Shown: in pieces, positions 10,820-21,594 of the stretch
How the letters are laid out: the number at the start of each line of letters is the position of its first letter
Numbering within the stretch: position 1 is the stretch's first letter
The notes under the pieces: generated by a model
Database searches by the model: none
Told to the model about the DNA's origin: nothing
Seen by the model: only the letters and a program-made list of their open reading frames with translations
NCBI GenBank assembly: GCA_963771175.1
Contig: CAVYSY010000032.1
Coordinates: 1 to 64,000 of the forward strand
DNA length: 64,000 nucleotides
Reading direction: 5' to 3'
DNA from: an uncultured delta proteobacterium
Lineage (GTDB): Bacteria; Myxococcota; Myxococcia; Myxococcales; Myxococcaceae
Made by a program: the position numbers and the translations under genes

Positions 10820-11776
10820 TCGTAGACCTTGACGGGGAAGCCCTGCTTCGCCGCGAACTGGAAGCAGCTCCAGCGCCACGTCGCTGGCCGCCTCCCAGCT
10901 TGCGGGCGGTGGTGAGGTTGATCGGCCAGGTCCAGCACCTCGGGCTGCGCCACCGCCAGCGCGCCGGGGTCGACCTTCTCGTGGATGATGCGGTTGGCGA
11001 GCCGACCCGCCTGCTGGCCGATCGCCGATGGAGCTGGGCGCGAGCGACAGCATCGCGCCCTCCTTCACCTGGCTGGAGGTGAGGCGCCACCAGCGGCATC
11101 GCTGGGCCTCGGCGAAGGCGATGAGCGCCTGGACCACCGCGGCGTTGCCCACCGTCTTGTCGGCGACCATCAGCAGGGCGTCCACCTTCTCCTTGCGCCC
11201 CGGCGAGCACCTTGTCCGCCTTGGCCTGCGCCGTCCACCTCGAGCGGCACGATGGAGAGGCCCAGCGGCGCCGCGGCCGACGGCGCCGCCGCCGACCAGC
11301 CCGGCGGAGTAGCGCGGGTCATGCAGCACGCCGACCCGCTTCGCCGAGGGAGAGGCGGCCTTGAGGGCGGCCAGCTCGGGACGGAAGTCGCTGGTGAGGG
11401 CGATGCCGGTGACGTTCGGGCCCTCGAGCCCGTACTTCTCGTAGTAGGGCACCATGGCGAAGAGGACGCGGCACATCCGCGCCGAGCGTCCGCTTCGCGG
11501 CGTTGGCCGCCAGCGGGCCCACGGCCAGCACCAGCGCGGGCTTCTGCGCGGCGATGCTTCTCGAAGGCCCGGGCCGCCGCGGGGGCGCTCTCCTCCAGCG
11601 TCACCTCCACCACCTCGCCATGGACCTCGGCGCCGAAGCCCGCCACCACCGACGCGTACGGCGCGAGTCCGGCGGACTTCACCACCACCACCTTCGGGCG
11701 GGACTGCTGCGCGAGGCGACCAGCGGCAGCAGCAGCGCCAGACAGAGCCACCCGGTCATCCGCTCCCCGGTCGCAT
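10816..11776 (-). CDS. ABC_sub_bind-type substrate-binding protein (frameshifted), no adjacent permease/ATPase
   Basis: Signal peptide; [46 protein letters not shown]. Confidence 0.75.
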
Positions 11777-14059
11777 CACTTCCTGGGTCCGCGCAGCAGC
11801 GGAAGCCCACCTCTCGCTGAGCGGCGTGCCGGGCGCGCCGTTCTTCCTCGCCGAGCAGCGCGCCGCGTAGTCGGGCCGGGCGAAGGCGCCGCCCTTCAGC
11901 GTCTGGTCGGCGTTGGCCGCGTAGCGGCGAGGCGGTCCACTCGGCGACGTTGCCGGACAGGTCGGCGACGCCGTAGCCCGAGCGGCACCTGGCGAACTGG
12001 CCCGAGGTCGGCCAGCTCGCGGTCGTCCCCGGGCATCGTCCTGGGTGTTGCAGGCGTTCCGCGTCGAAGTTGGTGCCGTACGGGAAGCGGACGTTGCCCG
12101 GGCCCTTGCAGGCCTTCTCCCACTCCTCCTCGGTGCACAGGCGCTTGCGGCCTTGCCTCGCACAGGCGCTTCGCGTCGTTCCAGCTCACGTTCACCGGAG
12201 GGGGTTACCCGCCGGTTCGGGTACTCGAACTGGTCGATGCAGAAGGTCGCCACCTGCCGGACGGTGAGCGGCGGCTCGTCGAGGCCCGGCATCGGGGTGT
12301 CGGTGCCCATCCGGAAGGCTCCGCCGCTCACCGTGCGCATGCCCGGGGGGCACTCTCCCGCGGGCCCCAGGCCCTCCGAAGGCTTCACGCCCTCGGGGCC
12401 GGCGACGGACGGGTCCCCGCTTCCCTGCGTCGCCGTGGGGGCCTTCCCGGCCTGTGTGGGAGAAGGAGTCACGGGAGTCTCTCCGGATTGGCGCAGCTTC
12501 CACAGCAACCCATAACCACCCGCGGCGCCCAAGCCGAGCCCCGCGAGGGTCAGCAGCACGAGCCCCACCGGGAAGCGGGAGCGGGGTGCCGCCGACGCGG
12601 AGCGAGGGGCCGCCATTCCAGGCGAGGCCTGTGGCGCCACGGGCCGGGGCTCGGCACGGGCGACCGGGGGAGCCGGGGCCGGACGCGGCTTGGGGGCCGG
12701 GCTCGGTGCGGTGGGCTTGCTGGCGGCGCTCATGATCGCGGAGAGCGTCGCGGAGTCGAGCGGCTGGGTGGCATCCGGAAGTGGCGCCTCATCCTTCGCC
12801 TTCGCGGAGCGCTGCGTGAGGCGCGCGGCGGAGAGCTGCTCGGTGGGCGAGGAGGACGACTGGGGCAGCTCGAGCGTGGGCATCCCCGCCGCGGGAGCCG
12901 CCTCCAGGGTCGTCCGGGGTGCCTCCTGCGTGGGGCCACTGCCCATGGCGGGCACCTGCACCGTCGGGGCGGCCAGGAGCGGCAGCTCCGTCGTGGGGAG
13001 GGGCGGGTGCGACCGGTTCGCGCCCAGGCTGCTCGCCATCGCCAGCTCGGCCGTCAGGCTGATGGGCAGCACCTTCGGGCGCGGGCGGGGAGCCTCCGGG
13101 GCCTGGGCCCCCACGGCGGGCTTCGGTGCCCCGGTCCTCGGGCGCGACAGGGCCTCGGAGAACTCCGCGAGGAACTCACCGGCCGTCCGGGGCCGCGCGA
13201 GCGGGTTGGCATTGACGGTGCGCCGGTAGAGGGACTCCAGGCCGGGAGGCAGCTCGGGGACATGGGCCAGCAGTTCCGGTAGTTCCCCTTCATCGGGCGT
13301 GCGACCGATGAGCAGCTCGCCCATGATGACGCCGAGCGAGTAGAGGTCCATCCGCGTATCCAGCTCACCGCCCTCGGCGTACTCGGGGGCGACGTAGCAG
13401 GCCACCCGCCAGCCCTTCTGCGCCTGGAGGAAGGGCAGGCGCGGGATGCCGAGCGCCAGACCGTAGTCCGTCACCTTCAGCAGGTCCGGCAGGACGAGGA
13501 TGTTCTCCGGCTTGAGGTCCGAGTGCGGCCCGAACTTGTGGGCGCTGTCGAGGGCCTCGACGATCTGCGCCAGGAGGGGCTCGACCTCCTTGGGACTGAA
13601 GCGCTGCCCCTGCGCGGCACGCTGCTCCATCATCCGCCGCAGCGTCATGCCCTCCAGGAGCTGGGTGGTGAAGAAGGGGCGATTGCGCTCCTCGCCCTCC
13701 TCGTAGACGCGCACGTGGTGGGGGTTGGTGAGCTTCTTGCCCGCGCGCAGCGCCAGGGAGAACTGGGTGCGCTCCTCGGGCATCTGCACCAACCGGGGGT
13801 TGATGATCTTGAGCGCGACCTCGACGTCCATCTCCTGGTCGTGCGCGCGGAAGACGTGACCCACCGGACCCGGTCCGAGCACCTCGCGGATGGCGTAGCG
13901 TCTGGCGAAGACGTCGCCGGGCTTGTAGGGCGCCTCCACGCTGCCCGGGCGACGGCGCGAAGCACCGCCCCCTGGCGCGGCTCCCGCGAGCTTCAGCCCG
14001 CAGGTGGCGCAGGATTCGCTGTTATCGGGGACATGGCTGCCGCAGCGGTAGCAGAGCAA
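11776..14059 (-). CDS. Ser/Thr protein kinase: zinc ribbon - kinase - Pro-rich linker - TM - SUMF1/FGE-sulfatase domain (indels in the 3' part)
   Basis: CYRCG...CATCG; VALK, HSDLKPEN, DYG, YVAPE; TM helix; CPPGM..V.GG.F.MG, GNVAEW and VGFRCC of FGE-sulfatase domains. Confidence 0.9.
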
Positions 14060-14161
14060 AGCGGTCGGACTCCCGGAGGTGGGGGGCTGTGACGGGGCCT
14101 CCAGAAGGCACCCAGGGTCGTCTTACCGCGCCCCGCTGATACTGGGCAAGGAACGCCAGTC

Positions 14162-14617
14162 TCAACGACCCGTCGAGCCGAAGCCCCCCTCGCCCCGCTC
14201 GGTGGCGTCCAGCACCTCGAGCTCCACCAGGGACGCCCGCGACACGGGTGCCACCACGAGCTGGGCGATGCGCTCGCCGCGCTTCAGGGTGAAGGGCTCC
14301 TGGGAGAGGTTGATCAGCACGACCTTGACCTCGCCCCGGTAGTCCGCGTCCACCGTACCTGGCGAGTTCAACAGGGTGATGCCGTGACGCAGCGCCAGTC
14401 CCGAACGGGGCCGCACCTGGGCCTCGTAGTCCGGGGGCAACGCCAACGCGAGGCCCGTGGGTACCGCCATGCGCTGCAGCGGCCCGAGGGTGAGCTCCCC
14501 GTCGATGTCCGCCCGCAGGTCCATGCCCGCGGCGAGCTCGGTTTCGTAGCGCGGCAGCGGCAGCGGCTCCGGGTGGGCGCGCACGCGGCGCACCCTCACG
14601 GTGACGGGCGAGGCCAT
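14162..14617 (-). CDS. dut: dUTP diphosphatase
   Basis: [38 protein letters not shown]. Confidence 0.97.
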   Translation of the reverse strand: MASPVTVRVRRVRAHPEPLPLPRYETELAAGMDLRADIDGELTLGPLQRMAVPTGLALALPPDYEAQVRPRSGLALRHGITLLNSPGTVDADYRGEVKVVLINLSQEPFTLKRGERIAQLVVAPVSRASLVELEVLDATERGEGGFGSTGR

Positions 14618-14664
14618 GCCCGACGAAGTACCACGTCAGGAACGAAGAATCGAGCTTTCGACCT

Positions 14665-15675
14665 TCAGCGCGCCGTCTCGTCCACCACAGGGGCGGAGCT
14701 GGGACGGAAGCGCAGCGGGTCCACCGGCTGCGCGGACAGCTCGAGCTGGTAGTGCAGATGGGGTCCGGTGGAGCGGCCGGTGTTGCCCGAGCGGGCGATG
14801 AGCTCGCCACGAGTCACGCGCTGCCCCGGGCGCACCAGCAGCTCCGAGTTGTGACAGTAGGCCGTCGTCACGCCCTGGCCGTGGTCGAGGATGAGCACCC
14901 GGCCATTCACACCGTCCACGCTCGCGCGGCGCACCGTGCCGTCGGAGACCGCGTGCACCTCGGTGCCCACGCGGACGGCGAGGTCCACGCCCGTGTGCAG
15001 CTTCCGAGTGCCCAGCACGGGGTGCAGGCGGTAGCCGAAGCGGCTCGTCACCGGGGTGTGCTCCGGCACGGGCCACGCGAGCCCGAAGGCCGTGGCCAGC
15101 GCGAGCGCCTGGGCCGCGGCCACGGTGGAGTCCTCGAAACCGGGAGGCAGTTGCCGGGCGAGTCGCTCCAGGCTCGGCGTGCCGCCCTCGGCCGCCACGC
15201 GCTCGACGGCGTAGCGCGCCGGGACGCGGCCGGCGAAGACGGCGGTGAGACGGGACTCCTCCTGGGGGAAGGACTCGGCCAGGGCCTCGTGCAACTTGCG
15301 AGCAGCCGCGGGACCACGGTTCTCATCCAGCAGGGAGGCGGGAGGAACGCCCAGCTCCTCGGCGAGCTTGAGCGCGGGAGCGCGGGAGGCCGGCGAGAGA
15401 CCCTTCAGCGCGAGGTGGGTGCCATACGCGAGCGCCTCCGAGGTGGTGAAGGGCCGGAGGGGTGGCGTAACGGGCGCGAGGGCGGGCGCGGACACGCCGG
15501 AGCCACTGATGCCGTCGTAGTAGGCGAGCACTGGACGAGCGGTGCTGCGAACATCGAGAGCCCAGGCCGCGGTCCGACGCACGAGCGCGCCGGCGGGCGT
15601 GTGGTGCCAGGCGGTCCAGACGCAGAGGAGGACCAGGGAGAAGTCGAGCAACCCTCGGGCATTGCGCGAGAACAC
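14665..15675 (-). CDS. M23-family metallopeptidase
   Basis: HTGVD, YCH, TGRSTGPHLHY; N-terminal membrane anchor. Confidence 0.9.
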   Translation of the reverse strand: MFSRNARGLLDFSLVLLCVWTAWHHTPAGALVRRTAAWALDVRSTARPVLAYYDGISGSGVSAPALAPVTPPLRPFTTSEALAYGTHLALKGLSPASRAPALKLAEELGVPPASLLDENRGPAAARKLHEALAESFPQEESRLTAVFAGRVPARYAVERVAAEGGTPSLERLARQLPPGFEDSTVAAAQALALATAFGLAWPVPEHTPVTSRFGYRLHPVLGTRKLHTGVDLAVRVGTEVHAVSDGTVRRASVDGVNGRVLILDHGQGVTTAYCHNSELLVRPGQRVTRGELIARSGNTGRSTGPHLHYQLELSAQPVDPLRFRPSSAPVVDETAR

Positions 15676-15687
15676 GGGGCGGGCTCC

Positions 15688-16476
15688 TCAGCGCACGAAG
15701 GACAGGACGGGTGAGGCATCGAGCGCGGCGGCGAGCGCGAGGGGCGCCACCAGCGCGGAGCCGGGCAGCCCATACGCGAAGGCCCGCGCGAAGCCGCGCG
15801 CATGCGCCTCGGAGGCCGAGTCGGCGTGCTGGAGGTTGCGCAGCACGGCGCGCCAGCCCAGCCGCCACAGGAGGCCCACCAGCGCCGCGAGCGCGAGGCC
15901 CCGGGCCACAACATCCGCCACACCGTCGCCGAGCAGCTCGCGCCAGGAGAGATACACCGTGCCCTGGACGAGCCGCGCCACGGCACACGCACCGGCCACG
16001 GACACCAGCGCGGTGGCGAGCGGGCGTATCCACCGCATCGTCGTGGGCCTGCGCACGCACCGCGCCAGCATCGCGCGCCAGGAGCCCCGAGGCTCCACGC
16101 GGAACGCCCGTCCAGGCGCCACCTGGGGCGCCGTCTCCTCGCGGTAGCCGAGCGCGGGCAGCGCGAGCACCACATCCGCTGTCAGCTCCCAGGCCAGGGC
16201 GAGGAGTCGCGCCAGCGAGGTGCGCCGCTCCAGGGAGAGCAGGTCCACGAGGGGCGCGGTGAGCTCATAGCGGCCCACCACGCGGTCGAACGCGGCATCC
16301 ACCAGGTCGACCACGGCCAGGAGCCGGTCATCGAGCGTGTCCGCCGCGGCGTGGATGCCCACCGCGATGAGCGCCAGCAGCCCGAGCGGCATGAAGGCCC
16401 AGCGGAAATGGCCGAGGAAGCGCGAGAACGCGGTGAGAGGGCCCTCGGGCCGGGCGGGAGTCGGAGAGCGGTTCAC
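15688..16476 (-). CDS. Hypothetical polytopic membrane protein
   Basis: Intact ORF with about five hydrophobic helices, 12 bp upstream of the M23 gene. Confidence 0.7.
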   Translation of the reverse strand: MNRSPTPARPEGPLTAFSRFLGHFRWAFMPLGLLALIAVGIHAAADTLDDRLLAVVDLVDAAFDRVVGRYELTAPLVDLLSLERRTSLARLLALAWELTADVVLALPALGYREETAPQVAPGRAFRVEPRGSWRAMLARCVRRPTTMRWIRPLATALVSVAGACAVARLVQGTVYLSWRELLGDGVADVVARGLALAALVGLLWRLGWRAVLRNLQHADSASEAHARGFARAFAYGLPGSALVAPLALAAALDASPVLSFVR

Positions 16477-16555
16477 GCGAGGCTCCGGAAGGGGACTCGC
16501 ACATCAACGCACGAGCCGGAGGGAAGATCTTCCCCGCCTGGAGCCCATAAAGGAA

Positions 16556-16590
16556 GACGCCCTCCCCCGCCGGAGCGGAGAGAGGGCGTC
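16556..16590 (-). terminator. Hairpin terminator after pnp
   Basis: GACGCCCTC...GAGGGCGTC inverted repeat followed by TTCCTTT on the minus strand. Confidence 0.6.
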
Positions 16591-16616
16591 GACCGTGTCA
16601 CTCAGCGGGACTCAGC

Positions 16617-18794
16617 TCAGGCCTTGGCGCCCGGCTGGGTGGCCTCGGAGGCCTGCGCGGAGGCGGCGGCCTCGACGGGAGCCGTGCCCTGCTGGGCGGC
16701 GGCGCGCTCGGCCATGGCCTCCTTGCGCGACAGGCGGATCTTGCCCGTCTTGTCGATGCTGACGACCTTCACCAGCACCTCGTCGCCCTCGTTCAGCACG
16801 TCCGACACGCTCTTCACGCGCTTGTCGGACAGCTCGGAGATGTGGATGAGGCCGTCGGTGCCCGGGAACAGCTCCACGAAGGCGCCGAACTCGGCGATCT
16901 TCCGCACCGTGCCGGTGTAGATCTTCCCGATCTCCGCCTCGCGGGTGAGCGCCTGGATCATGGCGATCGCCGCCTTCACCGACTCCACGTTGGCGCTGGC
17001 GATGTCCACGCGGCCCGAGTCGTCGATGTTGATGACGGCACCCGTGCGGGCGATGATGTCCTTGATCACCTTGCCGCCCGGCCCGATGACGTTCTTGATG
17101 AACTCGGGGCGGATCTGGATGGTGGTGATGCGCGGCGCGTAGGAGCTGATCTCCTTGCGCGGCTCGGCCATCGCCTTGAGCATCTCGCCCAGGATGTGCA
17201 GACGGCCCTGACGCGCCTGCTCCAGCGCGCGGCTCATGATCTCCGTGGTGAGACCGGTGATCTTGATGTCCATCTGGATGGAGGTGATGCCCTTCGAGGT
17301 GCCGCACACCTTGAAGTCCATGTCGCCCAGGTGGTCCTCGTCACCGAGGATGTCCGAGAGGATGGCGACCTGGTCGCCCTCCTTCACGAGACCCATGGCG
17401 ATGCCGGCCACCGGGGCCTTGATGGGCACGCCGGCGTCCATCAGCGACAGGGTGCCGCCGCAGACCGAGGCCATGGACGAGGAGCCGTTGGACTCGAGGA
17501 TGTCCGAGACGAGGCGCACCGTGTACGGGAACTTCTCGCTCGCGGGCAGCATGTTGCGCAGCGCGCGCTCGGCCAGGGCGCCGTGACCGATCTCACGCCG
17601 GCCGGGGCCGCGCAGGGGCTTGGTCTCGTTCACGCTGAACGGCGGGAAGTTGTAGTGCAGCATGAACCGCTTGAAGGACATGCCGCCGAGCAGCTCCAGC
17701 CGCTGCTCGTCCTCGGAGGTGCCCAGCGTCGTCACCACCAGCGCCTGCGTCTCGCCGCGGGTGAAGAGCGCGCTGCCGTGGGTGCGCGGGAGCACGCCCA
17801 CCTCGCAGGTGATGTCGCGCACCTTGTCGTGCCCGCGTCCGCCGATGCGGCCACCGTTCACCGTCAGCGTGCGCATGTGCTCGTACTTCAGGTCCTCCAC
17901 GACCTGCTTGGCGTGCTTCTCCACCTGGGAGGTGTAGGCCTCGCCCAGCTGCTCCTTGAGCTTGGAGAGGGTCTCCTTCTTGGTCTTGGAGAGCGCCTCG
18001 TAGCGGGCCGCCTTCTCCTTGATCCCGTAGCCGTGGACGATGCCGTCCCAGGCCAGCGTGCGGACCTTGGCCTTCAGGTCCTCGGCCACCGCGGGGACGC
18101 GGTCGTAGTTGCGCACCGTCTTGTTCAGCTCGCGCCGCAGCTCGTCCTGCAGCTCCAGCACCGGCTGCACCGCCTGCTTGCCGAACTCGAGCGCGGCCAC
18201 CATGTCCGCCTCGCTCACCTCCTCGGCGCCGCCCTCCACCATGACGATGGCCTCGCGGCTGACGGCCATGACGAGGTCGATGTCCGACTGCTCGCGCTGC
18301 TTCGTCGTGGGGTTGGCGATGAGCTTGCCGTCCACCCGGCCCACGCGGATGCCGGCGATGGGGCCGTTGAAGGGGATGTCCGACACCCACAGCGCCGCCG
18401 AGGCGCCGGTGATGCCGTGGATGTCACCCTCGTGCTCCGGGTCCGCGGAGATGACGCTCGCGATGACCTGGGTCTCGTAGGCGTAGCCTTCCGGGAACAG
18501 CGGACGCATGGAGCGGTCCACGATGCGGCTGGCCAGCGTCTCCTTCTCGGTGAGGCGCCCCTCGCGCTTGAAGTAGCTGCCGGGGATGCGGCCGGCCGAG
18601 TACAGCTTCTCCTGGTACTCCACCGTGAGCGGGAGGAAGTCCACGTCCTTCTTCTCGCGCGCGCTCACCGCGGTGACGAGCAGCATGGTGTCGCCGTAGC
18701 GAACCACGACGGAGCCGTCCGCCTGCTTGGCCATGTGGCCGGTCTCGATGGTCAGCTCGGTCTCGCCAATCTTGACGCTCTTCTTCAGATGCAT
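16617..18794 (-). CDS. pnp: Polyribonucleotide nucleotidyltransferase
   Basis: [41 protein letters not shown] and S1 domains. Confidence 0.98.
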   Translation of the reverse strand: MHLKKSVKIGETELTIETGHMAKQADGSVVVRYGDTMLLVTAVSAREKKDVDFLPLTVEYQEKLYSAGRIPGSYFKREGRLTEKETLASRIVDRSMRPLFPEGYAYETQVIASVISADPEHEGDIHGITGASAALWVSDIPFNGPIAGIRVGRVDGKLIANPTTKQREQSDIDLVMAVSREAIVMVEGGAEEVSEADMVAALEFGKQAVQPVLELQDELRRELNKTVRNYDRVPAVAEDLKAKVRTLAWDGIVHGYGIKEKAARYEALSKTKKETLSKLKEQLGEAYTSQVEKHAKQVVEDLKYEHMRTLTVNGGRIGGRGHDKVRDITCEVGVLPRTHGSALFTRGETQALVVTTLGTSEDEQRLELLGGMSFKRFMLHYNFPPFSVNETKPLRGPGRREIGHGALAERALRNMLPASEKFPYTVRLVSDILESNGSSSMASVCGGTLSLMDAGVPIKAPVAGIAMGLVKEGDQVAILSDILGDEDHLGDMDFKVCGTSKGITSIQMDIKITGLTTEIMSRALEQARQGRLHILGEMLKAMAEPRKEISSYAPRITTIQIRPEFIKNVIGPGGKVIKDIIARTGAVINIDDSGRVDIASANVESVKAAIAMIQALTREAEIGKIYTGTVRKIAEFGAFVELFPGTDGLIHISELSDKRVKSVSDVLNEGDEVLVKVVSIDKTGKIRLSRKEAMAERAAAQQGTAPVEAAASAQASEATQPGAKA

Positions 18795-19133
18795 ATCCGT
18801 CTTGCCTCGTACTTCCTGGTGGCCCCGCTGGCGCGCACCCTGTCCTTTTGGACATAAGGTGGGTGTCCACGCGCCTCGATGCGAGGCCTGTGTGGTTGAT
18901 GCGGTCGCCGAGCCTGGAACAGGCGAATACGGGCAACCGCGGCCTGACTGCGTGGGGGGCGCCTCGGAAGCGCCGGCAGGGATGCGTCGGAGCTTTGATC
19001 CCTGATCGCGCGGGCCGACCCGAGTACTCCGGTCAGCCCGTCCGAACGGAAACCAAAACCTCCGTCCACACCACGCCCTTGCCTCCTGCCTCGCCCCTTC
19101 CTCGACTGCTTACTGCGACTGCCTGGAACGACA

Positions 19134-19161
19134 CGGGGCGCTGACAGACGCCAGCGCCCCG
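19134..19161 (-). terminator. Hairpin after rpsO
   Basis: 10-bp stem CGGGGCGCTG/CAGCGCCCCG, 13 nt after the stop; weak U-tract. Confidence 0.55.
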
Positions 19162-19174
19162 ATTTACTGCGGGC

Positions 19175-19447
19175 CTACTTGCGGATGCCGAGGCCGTCGA
19201 TGAGCTTCTTGTAGCGGTTGGCGTCCTTGCTCTTCAGGTAGTCGAGCAGACGGCGACGCTGACCCACCAGCTTCAGCAGACCGCGACGGGAGTGGTGGTC
19301 CTTCTTGTGCGTCTTGAAGTGCTCGGTGAGCATGGTGATGCGCTCGGAGAGCAGGGCCACCTGCACCTCGGGAGAGCCGGTGTCGGTCTCGTGGGTGCGG
19401 AACTTCGCGACAACCTCGGTCTTACGGTCCTGATGCAGTGCCGACAT
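19175..19447 (-). CDS. rpsO: 30S ribosomal protein S15
   Basis: [23 protein letters not shown]. Confidence 0.98.
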   Translation of the reverse strand: MSALHQDRKTEVVAKFRTHETDTGSPEVQVALLSERITMLTEHFKTHKKDHHSRRGLLKLVGQRRRLLDYLKSKDANRYKKLIDGLGIRK

Positions 19448-19547
19448 GTGCTTCCTTGGCTTCTTCCCGCTCCGGGGGGTGGGTGCTGCGGTGCCGCGGT
19501 CCGCGGAGGGGTACAGACCGGGCTTCCTCCTACTAACGAATCGACGG

Positions 19548-19577
19548 CTTATAAGCATCGCCCGGACGGGCGGTCAA
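19548..19577 (-). promoter_or_regulatory. Putative sigma70-type promoter of rpsO
   Basis: TTGACC-N18-TATAAG on the minus strand about 100 nt upstream of the ATG. Confidence 0.5.
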
Positions 19578-19632
19578 CCTTCAGCGCCTGGTTGTCCGGC
19601 AGGTGCTGGGCCAGGAGAGGTGGAAACAGACA

Positions 19633-20502
19633 CTAGACGAGCACGCGCAGGTAGCGCAGGCGGCCGCGCACCACCTCGGCCACGGCGAGCACCGCGCCCG
19701 CGGGGTCCACCACCCGCACCCGGCCCGGATGGGCAGGAGCCTCCACCGGGACGCCATGGGACACGCGCGCCGCGTCCTCGGCGCTCACCCGCACCGCCGG
19801 CAGGTCCACCAGCGCCTCGGACACCGGCACCAGCCGCCGGGCCAGCGCCTCGGGCTCCTTGACCAGCTCGGGCAGCTCCGCCAGCGGCAGGGCCATGGCG
19901 AGAGTGAAGGGGCCGCTATGGGTGCGCCGCAGCGCCTCCAGGTGGGCCCCACAACCCAGGGCCCGGCCGAGGTCATAGGCGAGCGTGCGCACGAAGAAAC
20001 CCTTGGAGCAGCGCACGGACAGGCGGAGCTGGGTGGCGTTGAAGTCGCGCAGCACCAGCTCGTACACCGTCACCTGACGGCTGGCACGCTCCACCTCCTC
20101 GCCCGCGCGGGCGAGCTCGTACAGACGCTTCCCGCCCACCTTCACCGCCGAGTACATGGGCGGCACCTGCTCGAAGGTGCCGCGGAAGCGCGCCAGCGCC
20201 TCCTCCAGCAGCGCCGAGGTGAGAGCAGGCACCGGCGCCTCGGCCACCACCTTGCCCTCGGCGTCCTGGGTGTCCGTCTCGGCACCCAGGCGCACCACGG
20301 CGTCATAGGCCTTGTCGCCCTCGGTGATGAAGCCGGCCACCTTGGTCGCCTCGCCCAGGCACAGGGGCAGCACCCCCGTGGCCATCGGGTCCAGCGTCCC
20401 GGTGTGGCCCACCTTCTTCACCTTGAGCAGACTCCGCACCTGCCGCACCACGTCGAACGAGGTGCAACCCGCGGGCTTGTCGATGACCAGGACGCCGTCC
20501 AT
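19633..20502 (-). CDS. truB: tRNA pseudouridine(55) synthase
   Basis: IDKPAG.TSFD, GHTGTLDPMATG, QVPPMYSAVK. Confidence 0.97.
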   Translation of the reverse strand: MDGVLVIDKPAGCTSFDVVRQVRSLLKVKKVGHTGTLDPMATGVLPLCLGEATKVAGFITEGDKAYDAVVRLGAETDTQDAEGKVVAEAPVPALTSALLEEALARFRGTFEQVPPMYSAVKVGGKRLYELARAGEEVERASRQVTVYELVLRDFNATQLRLSVRCSKGFFVRTLAYDLGRALGCGAHLEALRRTHSGPFTLAMALPLAELPELVKEPEALARRLVPVSEALVDLPAVRVSAEDAARVSHGVPVEAPAHPGRVRVVDPAGAVLAVAEVVRGRLRYLRVLV

Positions 20503-20533
20503 GCTTCGCCTCTACAGGCAGCCGCGAGCGCGA

Positions 20534-20893
20534 CTACCAGCCTTCCTTTTCCTTCACTTCGCGCAGCAGCCGCTCGATGCGATCTCCGCGCTCCAGCGAC
20601 TCGTCGAAGGAGAAGAAGATCTCCGGCGACACGCGCAGGTTCACCGCCTCGGTGACCTCGCGGCGGATGAAGCCCTTGGCCGCGTCGAGCCCCTTCTGGG
20701 TGTCCTTGCGCTCCTGCTCGGTGCCAATCATCGAGTAGAAGACGCGCGCCACCTTCAGGTCCTGCGACACCTTCACGCCGGTGAGGGTGATGTAGCCGAT
20801 GCGCGGATCCTTCAACTCACCCCGGGTGAGGATGTTCGCGATGGCGGCCTGAATCTCCTGCCCCACCCGCTCCGGCCGATTGCTGGTACTCAT
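20534..20893 (-). CDS. rbfA: Ribosome-binding factor A
   Basis: [30 protein letters not shown]. Confidence 0.95.
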   Translation of the reverse strand: MSTSNRPERVGQEIQAAIANILTRGELKDPRIGYITLTGVKVSQDLKVARVFYSMIGTEQERKDTQKGLDAAKGFIRREVTEAVNLRVSPEIFFSFDESLERGDRIERLLREVKEKEGW

Positions 20894-21507
20894 TTCTTCT
20901 CCCAATCCCTCGGATTGCGCAGGCTGCGAGCACGGGCCCGAGCCTCATCCAACGAGCCCGGTCGCTCGGCCGGCGAGCCAGAGCGACCCGCCCCCAAGGC
21001 TGGCCGCCCGCTCTCCCGGCCCTCGTGCCGGAGCTCCCAGTCCACCATCCCCTCGGCCTCGGCCATGGAGCGGTTTCCCCGGTTCATCCCGGCGATGAGC
21101 TCCTCCACGTCCGCCTCCGGGCCCGACTCCTCCTCGCCCTCGCCGTCCTCGAACGCCTCTGACCCCTCGTCTTCTTCCCGAGCTGCCGGCAGGGGCCGAC
21201 CGGGGGTGTAGAGCGTGTCCCCGAAACCCATGATCTCCGTCTGACGGGAGATGAGCGGCGCTACGTACATCTCCTCCACGAAGTGGATGATCTTCTCCAT
21301 CTGCTCGTCGACGTGACGGCGGTCGTTGCCCACCACCGCCAACGCGAGCGTGGCTTTCTGCCAGAGCTCCTGATCATCCACCTCGGCCACGGCCACGTTG
21401 AACCGGGCCTTCACCCGGTCCGTTATCCGACGGAGAACCTGCCGTTTGGCCTTGAGGGAACCGCTCTCCGGAATCTGCAGGGTCAGACGTGCGACACAAA
21501 CGAACAT
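20890..21507 (-). CDS. DUF503 (YlxP) protein with acidic C-terminal extension
   Basis: [22 protein letters not shown]; position between infB and rbfA. Confidence 0.85.
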   Translation of the reverse strand: MFVCVARLTLQIPESGSLKAKRQVLRRITDRVKARFNVAVAEVDDQELWQKATLALAVVGNDRRHVDEQMEKIIHFVEEMYVAPLISRQTEIMGFGDTLYTPGRPLPAAREEDEGSEAFEDGEGEEESGPEADVEELIAGMNRGNRSMAEAEGMVDWELRHEGRESGRPALGAGRSGSPAERPGSLDEARARARSLRNPRDWEKK

Positions 21508-21594
21508 GACATCAAACCCTCAACCCGGTGACCACGCCTGGACGGCGGGCCACCGGGTGCTTTCCGGTGATGGAAGACAGCGGCCGGAGAGCAA

